DNA of 64,000 bases from Bacilli bacterium (GCA_017525035.1 JAFXTH010000023.1:39975-103974), one strand, 5' to 3'. Counted from the first letter of the stretch, positions 29,437 to 39,694 are shown. Numbers and translations are program-made. Notes: generated by a model from the letters alone, not told the origin.

Positions 29437-30957
29437 CTAGTTATTTATTCCTTGACGACATATTACACTAGAATCTAATACTTCAAATGTATAGCCATGA
29501 TCTAGACCATACTTTACAATTGATTCAATCGCATTTGCTGTGTGACCTTTTATATCATGCATTAATACTACGTTTCCTCTTGATTTAGATAGTGAATATA
29601 TTACGTTTCTATATTCTACATTAGGATCTGTTGTTCCACCTGCATCTCCACTTGATATATTCCAATCGAAGTAAGAATATCCTTTGGCAAGAGCTTCATT
29701 TGCTAATCTTGTCATAATTCCTGTACTATAATGTCTACTTACTGTATTTGATACTCCTCCAGGAAATCTTAGTAACTTACTATCATAACCTGAAACATTT
29801 TTAATTGCGTTTCTTGTTCTTGTTACTTCATCCCAGAAGGCTTCGCTTGATTTATATACTTGACTGTACTCGTGGCTCCATGTATGAATACCTACGGCAT
29901 GTCCTTCATTTACTTCTCTTTTAATTAAATCTTTGTATGAGTTTACTTTTGATCCTAATACAAAGAACGTTGCTTTAACTTTATACTTTTTTAATACATC
30001 TAAGATTTTTTTTGTGTAAGTTGGATTTGGTCCATCATCGAATGTTAAATATATTACTCCTGCCTTACCACATGTATAGTTTGAAGAAACTTTGGAATAG
30101 CTATTTTGTACTACTACATTTCTTGTCTTTGTTGTTGTATTGTTTAAACTATCTGCTGCAGTATATGTTAATTTATATGTTCCTATTGTCCCAGTATTGA
30201 CAGTTCCAGTAACCTTAACTGAACTAGTTAAATCGCCTTCACATTTATCTTTAGCAGTGTATCCTGGTTCATTATACTTACTATTTACAACAACATATAT
30301 TGTTCCATCACCTTTTAAAGTAATTACTGGTCCTTCAGTATCTTCTCTAATAAATGTTCTTGTTGCAGTAGCTTTATTTCCACTTGAATCACTTACAACA
30401 TAATCTATTTTTTCATCAGTTACATTAGTTGTAACTTTTTCTGTTAGTTCACCATCATAGTTGTCTGTTGCTGTAAAGCCTTCCTCTTTATACTCTTCTT
30501 TAGGGCAAAGTTTTTTTTCTGTTTCTCCAGTAAGAGTTAATTCTGGTTTTACAGTATCAACAATTTCTACTTTTCTTTCTTTAGTAGCAGTTATCTTATT
30601 TTTTCTAACTTTATACTTTAATACATAAGTACCAAGCTTCGACTCATCTACTTTTCCTTCTATCCATACTTTTTCAGTTAGGTCTTTTCCTAAATAAGAT
30701 GCCTTGTATCCTGGTTCTTTATATTTTTCACCATATTCTACTTTTACTACTTTATCACCTAGTAAACTTAGCTTTGGAACAAAGAAGATAAAGAACACTA
30801 TAATAAGTAGAATAAAAGATCCTAAAACGATACCTAAAATTGATAAGTTTTTCTTATTTAATTTCTTTTTTGTCTTAGTTTTTTTGTTTTTAGTTTTTTC
30901 TTCTACAATATCTTTTTCTTCTTCAATTGTATTTTCTTTGTCTGTTTTTTCTTTCAT
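29437..30957 (-). CDS. Polysaccharide (peptidoglycan) deacetylase with Ig-like repeats
   Basis: TM anchor, three EPGY-A-D-DGDLT-type Ig-like repeats, YLTFDDGP, HTWSH, RFPGG, LMHD; start reassigned to ATG 30957. Confidence 0.9.
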   Translation of the reverse strand: MKEKTDKENTIEEEKDIVEEKTKNKKTKTKKKLNKKNLSILGIVLGSFILLIIVFFIFFVPKLSLLGDKVVKVEYGEKYKEPGYKASYLGKDLTEKVWIEGKVDESKLGTYVLKYKVRKNKITATKERKVEIVDTVKPELTLTGETEKKLCPKEEYKEEGFTATDNYDGELTEKVTTNVTDEKIDYVVSDSSGNKATATRTFIREDTEGPVITLKGDGTIYVVVNSKYNEPGYTAKDKCEGDLTSSVKVTGTVNTGTIGTYKLTYTAADSLNNTTTKTRNVVVQNSYSKVSSNYTCGKAGVIYLTFDDGPNPTYTKKILDVLKKYKVKATFFVLGSKVNSYKDLIKREVNEGHAVGIHTWSHEYSQVYKSSEAFWDEVTRTRNAIKNVSGYDSKLLRFPGGVSNTVSRHYSTGIMTRLANEALAKGYSYFDWNISSGDAGGTTDPNVEYRNVIYSLSKSRGNVVLMHDIKGHTANAIESIVKYGLDHGYTFEVLDSSVICRQGINN

Positions 30958-31026
30958 AAGTATAACCTCTACCTTATAACTATAATTATACTTAAAAATC
31001 AATTAAAAGTCCATAAAAATGAACCT

Positions 31027-31719
31027 TTATTCTGGATTATTTTTCATAAATTCCCTTAACATTTTCATAAGAGCTCTTTTTTCTATTCTAGACACATAAC
31101 TTCTAGATATTTTAAATTCTTTAGCTATTTCTTTTTGAGTTAATTCTTCTGTATTATTAAGTCCATATCTTTTTGTTATTATTTCTTTTTCTCTATCAGT
31201 TAATACTTCAAAATACTTTTTAAGTAATTTAATATTTTCTTTCTCTGTTATTTTCTCTACATAATCTTCACTCGGAATTTTTAAAATATCCAATATAGTT
31301 ATTTCGTTACCTTCCTTGTCATACCCTATAGATTCGTTAATTGATATATTCTTACTTGTTTTATTATTGCTCCTAAAATACATTAGTATTTCGTTTTCGA
31401 TACATCTGGCACAATAGGTTGTTATTCTAGTTCCTTCATTTTGCTTATATGTATCAATTCCTTTAATTAACCCAATGGTTCCAATACTTATCAAATCATC
31501 TTGGTCAATACCCTGACAATCAAATTTTTTAACTATGTGTGCAACCAACCTTAAATTGTGTTCAATAAGTTTATTTCTTGCTTCTAAGTCATTATTTTTA
31601 AGTCTTTTTAGTAATTCTTCCTCTTCTTCTTTAGACAAAGGATCTAAAAAAACATTATTAGAATAACTTGCAGTAAATATAAATAATTCTTTTATTTTTT
31701 TTATTAATTTAAAAAACAT
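31027..31719 (-). CDS. sigK: Sporulation sigma factor pro-SigK (uninterrupted)
   Basis: Hydrophobic pro-sequence, LIEHNLRLVAHIVKKF, DDLISIGTIGLIKGI, ARCIENEILMYFR, ISRSYVSRIEKRAL. Confidence 0.92.
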   Translation of the reverse strand: MFFKLIKKIKELFIFTASYSNNVFLDPLSKEEEEELLKRLKNNDLEARNKLIEHNLRLVAHIVKKFDCQGIDQDDLISIGTIGLIKGIDTYKQNEGTRITTYCARCIENEILMYFRSNNKTSKNISINESIGYDKEGNEITILDILKIPSEDYVEKITEKENIKLLKKYFEVLTDREKEIITKRYGLNNTEELTQKEIAKEFKISRSYVSRIEKRALMKMLREFMKNNPE

Positions 31720-31761
31720 ATAACTCCTCCATTAGAATTATATGTTTTAGATTTTATTTAT

Positions 31762-31989
31762 TTAAAATATTAAGAAGAAAGCAATGACAATTGCCAATAT
31801 AGTTAATAGTGCAATTATTAAGTTATTATTTACTTCGTGTGTTGTATTACTTCCACCTTTTGGATCTTCTATTATAGCATCTGGTGCATCCTTATCCTTA
31901 ATATTTACGTTTCCACATCCTTTGCAAAATTTATCATTTGCATCTAATCTTTCACCGCACAAATCACAATATCTAACTTTACTTTTCAT
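31762..31989 (-). CDS. Zinc-ribbon membrane protein
   Basis: CDLCG...FCKGCG plus a C-terminal TM helix. Confidence 0.75.
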   Translation of the reverse strand: MKSKVRYCDLCGERLDANDKFCKGCGNVNIKDKDAPDAIIEDPKGGSNTTHEVNNNLIIALLTILAIVIAFFLIF

Positions 31990-32035
31990 TAATCATCTTC
32001 CTTACTTGCTATAATATATCATTTTTAATGCTTTT

Positions 32036-33427
32036 TTACAACTCTTTAAAGTATTTATCTAATACGTTAATATCTGAATAATATATCTTATAATCTTTTA
32101 TTGCCATATATTTATCCCTTCCTTTTCCTAGGATTGCTACTATATCTTCTGTCTTTGCTATATCAAGTGCTTTCTGTATAGCTATTTCTCTATTTTCTTC
32201 AATAATATAGTTATCTCTTCTTTTATCTACCATCATATCTATAATATCTAATACTTTTTCATATCTTGGATCATCCATTGTATAAATAACAATGTCAGAT
32301 AAAGATTGTAGCACTTTACCCTTCTTACTTCTATTCTCAACTTCTCTACCACCTGCTGCACCAGTAACAGTTATAATTCTATTTCTCTTTATTTTATTTA
32401 AGAAAGTTAGTATATTTTTTATTCCATTTTCCGTATGTGCATAATCTATTATTATTTTGTAATCCTGATTATAATCTAAAAATTCTACTCTCCCACTAGG
32501 AGTTTTAACTTTATTTACTAAAGACTTAATGTTGTTAAAATCTATGCTATAAGAAAGTAATGTTAAAATCGCTGCTGATAAGTTATATACATTAAATTCG
32601 CCAAGAAGAGGACTAACGACTTCATACTCTTTGTGTTTGTACCTATACTTTATTATTGTTTGATTTTCCTTTTCTTTAAAATTTATTATTCTTAGTGTAC
32701 TATATCTATTTTTGCCATATGTTAATTTTTTATTTTTTATTGTTTTAAATCTATTGTAATAAATATCATCTCTATTAAGTATTGCTATTCCATCATTAGA
32801 AAGTTTATTAAATAATTTTCTTTTACATTTAATATAATTATCAATTGTTTTATGTACATTTAGGTGATCTTCAGTAATATTTGTTAAAATTGCTCTTTTA
32901 AACTTTAGTCCTTCTAGTCTGTTGTTCAACAAACCTTCACTAGATGCCTCAATAGCTACGTTTTTAATTCCTTCCTTATACAACCTATTTAAATAGTAAT
33001 ATGTTTTTTCTATAGAAGGAGTTGTGTTATTAAGTGGCTCATTCATCCTATCAGATATAACGCCATTTGTTCCTATATATGCAGTATTTTCTAGCATATC
33101 CCTTATTATAGTCGCTGTCGTTGTCTTGCCATCAGTTCCTGTTACACCAATCAAATTAATGTTTAGATAGTCATTATAAAAAAATTTAAGTATTTTAATT
33201 AATTCCTTATCTACATTTTTTACTTTTATATAAGGAATTTTATAATTATCTTTTTTTGATACAATTAAAAGTCTAGCACCCTTTTCTATTGCTTCATTAA
33301 CAAAATCATGTCTATTGCTGTTTCCTTTAACACAAGCAAAGATATCACCTTCTTCTATTTCTTTTGAATTTGTTTTTATATTTTCAATATTCAAATTAAT
33401 TTTATATAAATTATATATACTTTTCAT
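32036..33427 (-). CDS. murE: UDP-N-acetylmuramyl-tripeptide synthetase
   Basis: GVTGTDGKTT, NTTP, EASSEG, TNITEDHL, IDYAHT, DDPR, LGKG. Confidence 0.93.
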   Translation of the reverse strand: MKSIYNLYKINLNIENIKTNSKEIEEGDIFACVKGNSNRHDFVNEAIEKGARLLIVSKKDNYKIPYIKVKNVDKELIKILKFFYNDYLNINLIGVTGTDGKTTTATIIRDMLENTAYIGTNGVISDRMNEPLNNTTPSIEKTYYYLNRLYKEGIKNVAIEASSEGLLNNRLEGLKFKRAILTNITEDHLNVHKTIDNYIKCKRKLFNKLSNDGIAILNRDDIYYNRFKTIKNKKLTYGKNRYSTLRIINFKEKENQTIIKYRYKHKEYEVVSPLLGEFNVYNLSAAILTLLSYSIDFNNIKSLVNKVKTPSGRVEFLDYNQDYKIIIDYAHTENGIKNILTFLNKIKRNRIITVTGAAGGREVENRSKKGKVLQSLSDIVIYTMDDPRYEKVLDIIDMMVDKRRDNYIIEENREIAIQKALDIAKTEDIVAILGKGRDKYMAIKDYKIYYSDINVLDKYFKEL

Positions 33428-33465
33428 ATTTCACCAATATAATTTATGCTTTTAATATATTAGTG

Positions 33466-34194
33466 TTATTTATAGTAAATTCTTAAGGCATCTTTTTCGC
33501 TTAACATTTGCTTATTCTTGATAATTATATTGTTCTTATACTTATAATAGTTATCTACTTTTTTAACTATTATATCTTTTCGATATTTAAATTTCCTTAA
33601 ATATCTTTCTAACAAAAACTTATTAAATATGTAATCTGTATTCTTACTCTCATCAATTATTTTAAATATTAATAGAATTGTCACTATTGTCATGAATACT
33701 GAATTAATATTTGTTACAAAGAATATTATTATCAAAGGATAAAATGCATATGAAATTAATATTCCTAACTTAAGAGTCTTTTTAAAACTTATTATTGTTG
33801 ATGTAAAGATATTTAATAACTTCCCTCCATCAAGCGGCACCACAGGCAATAAATTAAATATTAGCAGCAAGTTATTAAAGTAATATAATGAATCATCATA
33901 ATCTTTTATAAGATTAAAAAATAATATTTGGAATATTGGTCCCATTATGGTTACTAACAATTCTTCTTTTAATGGCTTGTTAATTAATGTCTTAAATTTA
34001 GTTAGCCCACCAAGTGGATAAATATATATTTTATCGATTTCCCAATTAAAATATTTCGCAGTAAAAAAATGACCTAATTCATGAACTATTATTAATAACA
34101 AATATAATAGCACTCTCTTAAAAAGGCCAAGAAAAAAAGAGATTAGTAAGAATATATAAGTAAGCGTGCTTATTTTAAATGAACTCTTTATAAT
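33466..34194 (-). CDS. spoIVFB: SpoIVFB-like M50 intramembrane metalloprotease (start uncertain: GTG 34113 or non-canonical ATT 34194)
   Basis: HELGH, YPLGG, MGP, NLLPVVPLDGG; follows a spoIVFA-like gene as in Bacillus. Confidence 0.8.
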   Translation of the reverse strand: MIKSSFKISTLTYIFLLISFFLGLFKRVLLYLLLIIVHELGHFFTAKYFNWEIDKIYIYPLGGLTKFKTLINKPLKEELLVTIMGPIFQILFFNLIKDYDDSLYYFNNLLLIFNLLPVVPLDGGKLLNIFTSTIISFKKTLKLGILISYAFYPLIIIFFVTNINSVFMTIVTILLIFKIIDESKNTDYIFNKFLLERYLRKFKYRKDIIVKKVDNYYKYKNNIIIKNKQMLSEKDALRIYYK

Positions 34195-34738
34195 CTAAAA
34201 AATCTCCATTTCTTTGAAAAACTAATATTAATTTATTATCTATTGGTTCTCCAATATAGTCATTTTTTTTAACATAATCGTATAAATTAACATTGTTATA
34301 ATCTATATTTGAATACCATATTTCTGTTTTATCATCACTTTCTACAACTATTGTTTTACCATATCCTTCTTTTTCTCCAATATATATTATTATTCCATCT
34401 TTAATAATTGGGTCAAAATTATTATCTAACTCAAGTGAAAAACCATCTTTATATTTGTTAATGGTATTATAATCAAGTTTCTCATCAAAAACCATTACTT
34501 CACTATCAAAGACATTATTAAGCGGCAAAATTGATCCAAATGTTTTGTTATACCATGAGTTTATCCCAGCAAAAAATAGGCTTTTTTCATAAACATTTTC
34601 ATATATTTTTGGTTTAAAATTTTCATTTTTTTTAATTCCAATCAAAAAAGATAAAAATAGAATTAAAGATATCAATATTTTAATTAACGTGTTTCTAACT
34701 ACTTTACCTTCTTTTTTCTCTTTGTACTTTGTTGCCAT
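34175..34738 (-). CDS. spoIVFA: SpoIVFA-like membrane protein with degenerate M23 domain
   Basis: N-terminal TM; DGIIIYIGEKEGYGKTIVVE...WYSNI...YDYVKKNDYIG M23-like fold lacking the HxH motif; synteny with spoIVFB. Confidence 0.7.
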   Translation of the reverse strand: MATKYKEKKEGKVVRNTLIKILISLILFLSFLIGIKKNENFKPKIYENVYEKSLFFAGINSWYNKTFGSILPLNNVFDSEVMVFDEKLDYNTINKYKDGFSLELDNNFDPIIKDGIIIYIGEKEGYGKTIVVESDDKTEIWYSNIDYNNVNLYDYVKKNDYIGEPIDNKLILVFQRNGDFLDYKEFI

Positions 34739-35181
34739 GTTATCATCTCATTTAATTTATACTTTTTTTCATTATTTTTAGAACCATAATTGTATAAAAG
34801 TAAAAGAAAATATAACATGTTTATTGGAAGAGTTCTTACAATTTTAATTACTAAATAATTAAGCGAATATTTGCCTACAATCATAAAAAACATAGTATCG
34901 TATAAAATCAATGCTATTAAAGTTATTAAAAGATAATTTTTGTTTTTAATTTTATTAATAATTTCATTGGTTATTAGAATAAATGATAAATTTATATATA
35001 TTACACCTGAAAGCATCGAATAGATAAGAGCTGCTATTATTATATTTTTAGTGTCCTTATTAATTAACAATTCATAAATGATATAAGTAATTGTAAACAT
35101 TGGAAATATGGAAATGTTTGATAATTCATAATTTAAGTAATTTGAGAACACTAAATCTAAAAGTATTGGTACTACAAACAT
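34699..35181 (-). CDS. mreD: Rod shape-determining protein MreD-like
   Basis: Hydrophobic multi-TM protein, TGATG-coupled to mreC; assignment rests mostly on synteny. Confidence 0.6.
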   Translation of the reverse strand: MFVVPILLDLVFSNYLNYELSNISIFPMFTITYIIYELLINKDTKNIIIAALIYSMLSGVIYINLSFILITNEIINKIKNKNYLLITLIALILYDTMFFMIVGKYSLNYLVIKIVRTLPINMLYFLLLLYNYGSKNNEKKYKLNEMITWQQSTKRKKKVK

Positions 35182-35852
35182 CAATTATCTTTCCTTTTTA
35201 AAACTGCTACGAATCTCAAATCGTCTGTATGAGCAGCCATTTTAATTTCAAGTGATAGCCCAACATTTTCATAATTAATATTATCAACTATTCCAATTAA
35301 TACTCCTTGTGGTGTCTTATCTAACAATCCACTAGTAATAACCTTATCTCCAATTTTAATCTTATCTTCTTTATTTGCTTTAATAATTAATTTGTTGTTC
35401 TTGCTTTTCATTATCATATTTTTGTTATTTATTCTTACTTGCATAATGTCACTATCTGATGTTAAAAGTTTAACTTTCGATGTATTTTCATTAACATCTT
35501 TTATCTTTCCTACTACACCTTCATTTGTTACTACAATCATATTTTTTTTAAGTCCATCATTAGCTCCTTTGTTTATAGTAAGTTCATTTAAAAAGTATGT
35601 CATATTCCTTTCTACAACTGTTGCATATACAATCTCAAAATCAGTTAGAGAAGACACTTTTAACATTCTTTTTAACTCTTCGTTTTCTTTCTTTACTTCT
35701 TCATTTAGATTATCTATTAATGCATTATTTTCTATAACAATTGGCTTATAAATAATATCTCTTAAAATACCACCAAATCTACTGTCATCGTTTAATTCAA
35801 TATAAGACATTACAAATAAAAAAAATATTAAGTATAATACTTTGTTTTTCAT
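35181..35852 (-). CDS. mreC: Rod shape-determining protein MreC
   Basis: KKENEELKRML coiled coil, LTINKGANDG, GVVGKI, GDKVITSGL, PQGVLIG; start reassigned to ATG 35852. Confidence 0.9.
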   Translation of the reverse strand: MKNKVLYLIFFLFVMSYIELNDDSRFGGILRDIIYKPIVIENNALIDNLNEEVKKENEELKRMLKVSSLTDFEIVYATVVERNMTYFLNELTINKGANDGLKKNMIVVTNEGVVGKIKDVNENTSKVKLLTSDSDIMQVRINNKNMIMKSKNNKLIIKANKEDKIKIGDKVITSGLLDKTPQGVLIGIVDNINYENVGLSLEIKMAAHTDDLRFVAVLKRKDN

Positions 35853-35856
35853 ATTA

Positions 35857-36540
35857 TCACCTAATATTAATTTTCCCATTATCTTGAAAACTATAATAAT
35901 TATTATTTGAAACAATTATATGATCAATAATCGGTATTTTTTGAATTAATCCTATTTCTACCAGTGCTTTAGTAAATAATATATCATCTTGCGAAGGAGT
36001 TACATCACCAGATGGATGATTATGAAGGCATACTATACTCGATGCTGAATATAGGTATGCTGTTTTAAACACTTCTCGTGGATGTGTAAGACTTCTATTA
36101 ACAGTTCCTATAAACAACAGTTCCTCTCCTACTAGTTCTTGCTTGTTATTGAAATACAAACAATAAAATAATTCTTGTTTCTTATCATTGAATAAATATT
36201 TAGTATATTCAAAAATACTTCTAGGATTCTTTAACTTTGGTTTCTTCGAAAGTTCTTCTAAATACATTCTTTTACCTAACTCAACTGTGGCTAAAATTAT
36301 TGATGATTTAGAACTACCCATACCACTAATATTGTTTAATCTGTTTATGGTAGAATTCTTTAAATTGCCAAGCCCATTGAATTCTTTTAATATATCTCTT
36401 GATAAATCTTTAACTGATTTATTCTTAGTACCACATCTTAAAATAATTGATAGCAGTTCTTCATTAGATAATTTACTTGCTCCATATTTTGCTATTCTTT
36501 CTCTTGGTCTTTCTTCCTTTGGAAGTTCTTTTATTAACAC
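35857..36540 (-). CDS. radC: RadC/JAB-domain protein
   Basis: ERPRER, LSNEELLSIIL, HPREVF, HNHPSGD, DHII; likely GTG start 36540. Confidence 0.95.
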   Translation of the reverse strand: MLIKELPKEERPRERIAKYGASKLSNEELLSIILRCGTKNKSVKDLSRDILKEFNGLGNLKNSTINRLNNISGMGSSKSSIILATVELGKRMYLEELSKKPKLKNPRSIFEYTKYLFNDKKQELFYCLYFNNKQELVGEELLFIGTVNRSLTHPREVFKTAYLYSASSIVCLHNHPSGDVTPSQDDILFTKALVEIGLIQKIPIIDHIIVSNNNYYSFQDNGKINIR

Positions 36541-36588
36541 ATATATCACCAATTATATTATTATCCATACACTAATAATTTCCTTATA

Positions 36589-37023
36589 TTATTTTTCTAA
36601 AACCATTTCTTCATAGCTTGATATTATTACATCATTAATAGAGATTAAGTTGTCCTCATCATCTACTTCTGAAAGTAATATGTCATATTGTTCTAAGTTA
36701 CTTATAAACTCTATATTATCTATAACAGTTGGTTTTATGTAACTATGTATTTGTTGATCTTCATATAGTTTTTTTATTTTGCTTGCATTACTTAAGTTTG
36801 TCGTAATTCCAGCATAAACGTTATAAACGCCATCTTCTTTTAGAACAAGATATTTATCGGTATTTATTTCTAAATCATCACCTTTATAACTACCAATTTG
36901 AATTAAGTAAGCATTATATTTGGTATTATTGATGCTCTTTTGATATTCAGTATAAAATGCATGGGCAGTTATAAAACCAAAAAATAATGCTAAAGATAGA
37001 TATATTATAAATTTACCTTTCAT
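36589..37023 (-). CDS. Membrane-anchored SPOR-like protein (occupies the spoIIB position)
   Basis: TM helix, YLIQIGSY and YNVYAG motifs; upstream of radC. Confidence 0.45.
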   Translation of the reverse strand: MKGKFIIYLSLALFFGFITAHAFYTEYQKSINNTKYNAYLIQIGSYKGDDLEINTDKYLVLKEDGVYNVYAGITTNLSNASKIKKLYEDQQIHSYIKPTVIDNIEFISNLEQYDILLSEVDDEDNLISINDVIISSYEEMVLEK

Positions 37024-37070
37024 ATTATCACCAATTATAAGTTAACACTTAATTTGGTAATATTTTGTCG

Positions 37071-37099
37071 AAAAAAAACAAACTATTACTAGTTTGTTT
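37071..37099 (-). terminator. Rho-independent terminator
   Basis: AAACAAACTA-GTAA-TAGTTTGTTT plus T-run. Confidence 0.8.
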
Positions 37100-38303
37100 A
37101 AAAGTTTAACATTAACCATGCCGGTTTGAAAATTAATAATAAACCTACAAGAAGCATTATAATTCCACCAACAATACTTGAATACTTTCCATATTTTGAA
37201 CTTGCAGTACTTAATTGTGATGTTGCTACTGCTATTGTAAATACTACTAAATCGTCAATCATATAAAATAATGTGTAAATTAATAAGTATATTATTTTCA
37301 TAATACCAGTTACATTATTAACTGCTAGAATTTCTGCAAATGTTGCTGGAAAAACACTTGAACAAGCAAGCTCAACAATATTTACTGAAATAGCAAGTAT
37401 AACTACTCCACCAAGCGCCAATAACATATTTTTTTCTTGAGTAAACTTCTTTATTCTTGTGAATATCTTTTTTCTTTTCTTTTCATCAACTACATGGCAT
37501 CCAGCATCTTCTTTTCTTTCTTTAAAAAATCTATAAATGTTATAACTACCGACTACTAAAGCCACAATTCCTATAATACTTCTAATTAATGGTAGCGAAA
37601 TATAAGTTAATATATTTGTAATTCCTAGCATAAATAAGAAATACATTAATCCGGATGTTAATAAGAATACGAAGCCTATGATCAACATTTTTTTTCTATC
37701 ATTCATTCCAATTAACATGTTAATAAGGAACAACAATACCCACATGGCACATGGATTAAATCCATCAATAAAACCAAGAACAATTGCTACTAATCCTATT
37801 GATACGTCTTTAATATCTACTTCCCCAAGCAGTGGTATGTTCTCTTTATTTTTATTAACAAGATATTCTTCATCACTTATTATTTCCAAATAATTTTTAA
37901 GTGTTAACTCTATTTTTTCCCCAGTTGAATCTGAATACCCAATAAATGACTCATTACCAATTACTAAATATGGTACAGATACATTCTCTTGATCTCCCAT
38001 AATTTTTTTAGCTTCTAACATTAATTTCTTATTTTTTGAACTGTTCCATGTTTCATAAGAATATATAGTATATTTACCATCATATCTTTCTTTTAAAAGT
38101 TCTAAAAACTCTTCTTCATCTGCGCAATGAGGACATCCGTCTCCATGGAAAAAATATATATGAACTTTTTCTTTCTCTTTTTCTATTCCAACAAGTTCTG
38201 ACAACTTGTCTTCATATTTATCCGATAAGGCGTTTGTGCTTATTGGCCATAATAATACTAATAATAGAAAAAGAAATGCTATTTTTTTAACATTCTTTAT
38301 CAA
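37098..38303 (-). CDS. Glutaredoxin/thioredoxin domain fused to a CcdA/DsbD-like membrane domain
   Basis: Signal peptide, GCPHC, SVP, then multi-TM region with DGFNPCAMW and ELACS cysteines. Confidence 0.75.
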   Translation of the reverse strand: MIKNVKKIAFLFLLLVLLWPISTNALSDKYEDKLSELVGIEKEKEKVHIYFFHGDGCPHCADEEEFLELLKERYDGKYTIYSYETWNSSKNKKLMLEAKKIMGDQENVSVPYLVIGNESFIGYSDSTGEKIELTLKNYLEIISDEEYLVNKNKENIPLLGEVDIKDVSIGLVAIVLGFIDGFNPCAMWVLLFLINMLIGMNDRKKMLIIGFVFLLTSGLMYFLFMLGITNILTYISLPLIRSIIGIVALVVGSYNIYRFFKERKEDAGCHVVDEKKRKKIFTRIKKFTQEKNMLLALGGVVILAISVNIVELACSSVFPATFAEILAVNNVTGIMKIIYLLIYTLFYMIDDLVVFTIAVATSQLSTASSKYGKYSSIVGGIIMLLVGLLLIFKPAWLMLNF

Positions 38304-38559
38304 TTAACTCACCTAATTCTTTTTCTAATTGTTCTTGTGTTTTTTCTCCAATTATTCTAGATATTTCTTGATCATTATTATAAACAATTATTTCAGGGAG
38401 AATGCTTCCTATATTTAATTTTTTAACTTCATCCTCATCCATATCAAGATCTAATTCTGTAAATTCAATATTAGAGTAACTTTCTTTTATTGATTTCCAA
38501 AACTTATTCATTTTGATACATGCAGGACACCACATTGCTCCTACTTTAATAATCTTCAT
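38287..38559 (-). CDS. Thioredoxin family protein
   Basis: WCPAC active site, ILP, RIIG. Confidence 0.88.
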   Translation of the reverse strand: MKIIKVGAMWCPACIKMNKFWKSIKESYSNIEFTELDLDMDEDEVKKLNIGSILPEIIVYNNDQEISRIIGEKTQEQLEKELGELIDKEC

Positions 38560-38567
38560 AAGATCAC

Positions 38568-39692
38568 CTATCCTAATAATTTTTTATAACATAATGCAAA
38601 ACTCTTTAAGAACTCATCAATTTCTTCTTTTGTTGTAACGTAAGAAATGCTTATTCTAATGCTTGATTTTGCTCTTTCTTCGTCTTTTGTTAGAGCATAA
38701 ACTGCTTTAGACATCTCTCCGCCTTTTGAACATGCAGTTTGGGTAGATATATAAATATCATACTCTTCTAGTGCATGTTGCATTGTTTCAGGTTTACATC
38801 CAACAACACTTAGATTTAAAATCTGTGGAATTGAATGTTCATTGCTGTTTATTTTTACTTTTTCATATTTAATTATGTTTTCTTTTAAATAATCGTTTAG
38901 TTCCTTAATCTTTTTAACTTTATCTTCTAAGCCGTCAGTTGCAAGTCTTAATGCCTTTGCTAGTGAGACGATAAGTGGAAGTGCTGGTGTACCGCTTCTA
39001 TATATAGTGGTACTTTTACCACCGTGTATTAGTGGTTCAATAACTATATTATCTTTCTTTATTAACACTCCAATTCCTTTTATTCCAAAAATCTTGTGCC
39101 CTGAAAAGCTAGCCAAATCAACATTTTCTAAACTTACAAAATCTTTACCGATGCTTTGTGTCATATCAACATGGAAAAGGCATTTTGGATGTTTTTTTAC
39201 AATTTTGGCAATTTCTTCGATTGGTTGTCTTATTCCTATTTCACTGTTAACACTACAAATAGATACTAAAATTGTATCATCTCTAATTAGTTTTTCTAAA
39301 GAGTCTAATTTAACTCTTCCGTATTCATCAGTTTCTACAAAATCAACTTCAGCATTCTTATATTTTTGTAAATATCCTAGTGGTCCATATATTGATGAAT
39401 GCTCAAACTCTGTAGTTATAATGTGCTTTCCTCTGTTTTCAAATTTATCAAAAACACCTTTAATGGCTAAGTTATTTGATTCACTTGCACCACTTGTATA
39501 TATTATTTCTTCCTTTTTTACTTTTAATATATTTGCTATTTGTTCTGTTGAAGCATTGATTAATTCATTAGCTTTTGTACCCAACTTATGAAGCGAATTA
39601 GGATTTGCAAAGTAATTAATTGTTGCTTTATTAAAAGACTCCAATACTTCAGGCGAAGTTGGAGTTGTTGCTGAATAATCTAAATAAACCAT
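38568..39692 (-). CDS. iscS: Cysteine desulfurase (IscS/NifS family)
   Basis: YLDYSATTP, NPNSLH, TSGASESNN, SFSGHK, RSGT, STQTACS. Confidence 0.9.
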   Translation of the reverse strand: MVYLDYSATTPTSPEVLESFNKATINYFANPNSLHKLGTKANELINASTEQIANILKVKKEEIIYTSGASESNNLAIKGVFDKFENRGKHIITTEFEHSSIYGPLGYLQKYKNAEVDFVETDEYGRVKLDSLEKLIRDDTILVSICSVNSEIGIRQPIEEIAKIVKKHPKCLFHVDMTQSIGKDFVSLENVDLASFSGHKIFGIKGIGVLIKKDNIVIEPLIHGGKSTTIYRSGTPALPLIVSLAKALRLATDGLEDKVKKIKELNDYLKENIIKYEKVKINSNEHSIPQILNLSVVGCKPETMQHALEEYDIYISTQTACSKGGEMSKAVYALTKDEERAKSSIRISISYVTTKEEIDEFLKSFALCYKKLLG

Positions 39693-39694
39693 TT

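Noticed and set aside
31027-31719. Possible skin-like element interrupting sigK
   Set aside because: The reading frame is continuous with all sigma regions, and no recombinase is nearby.
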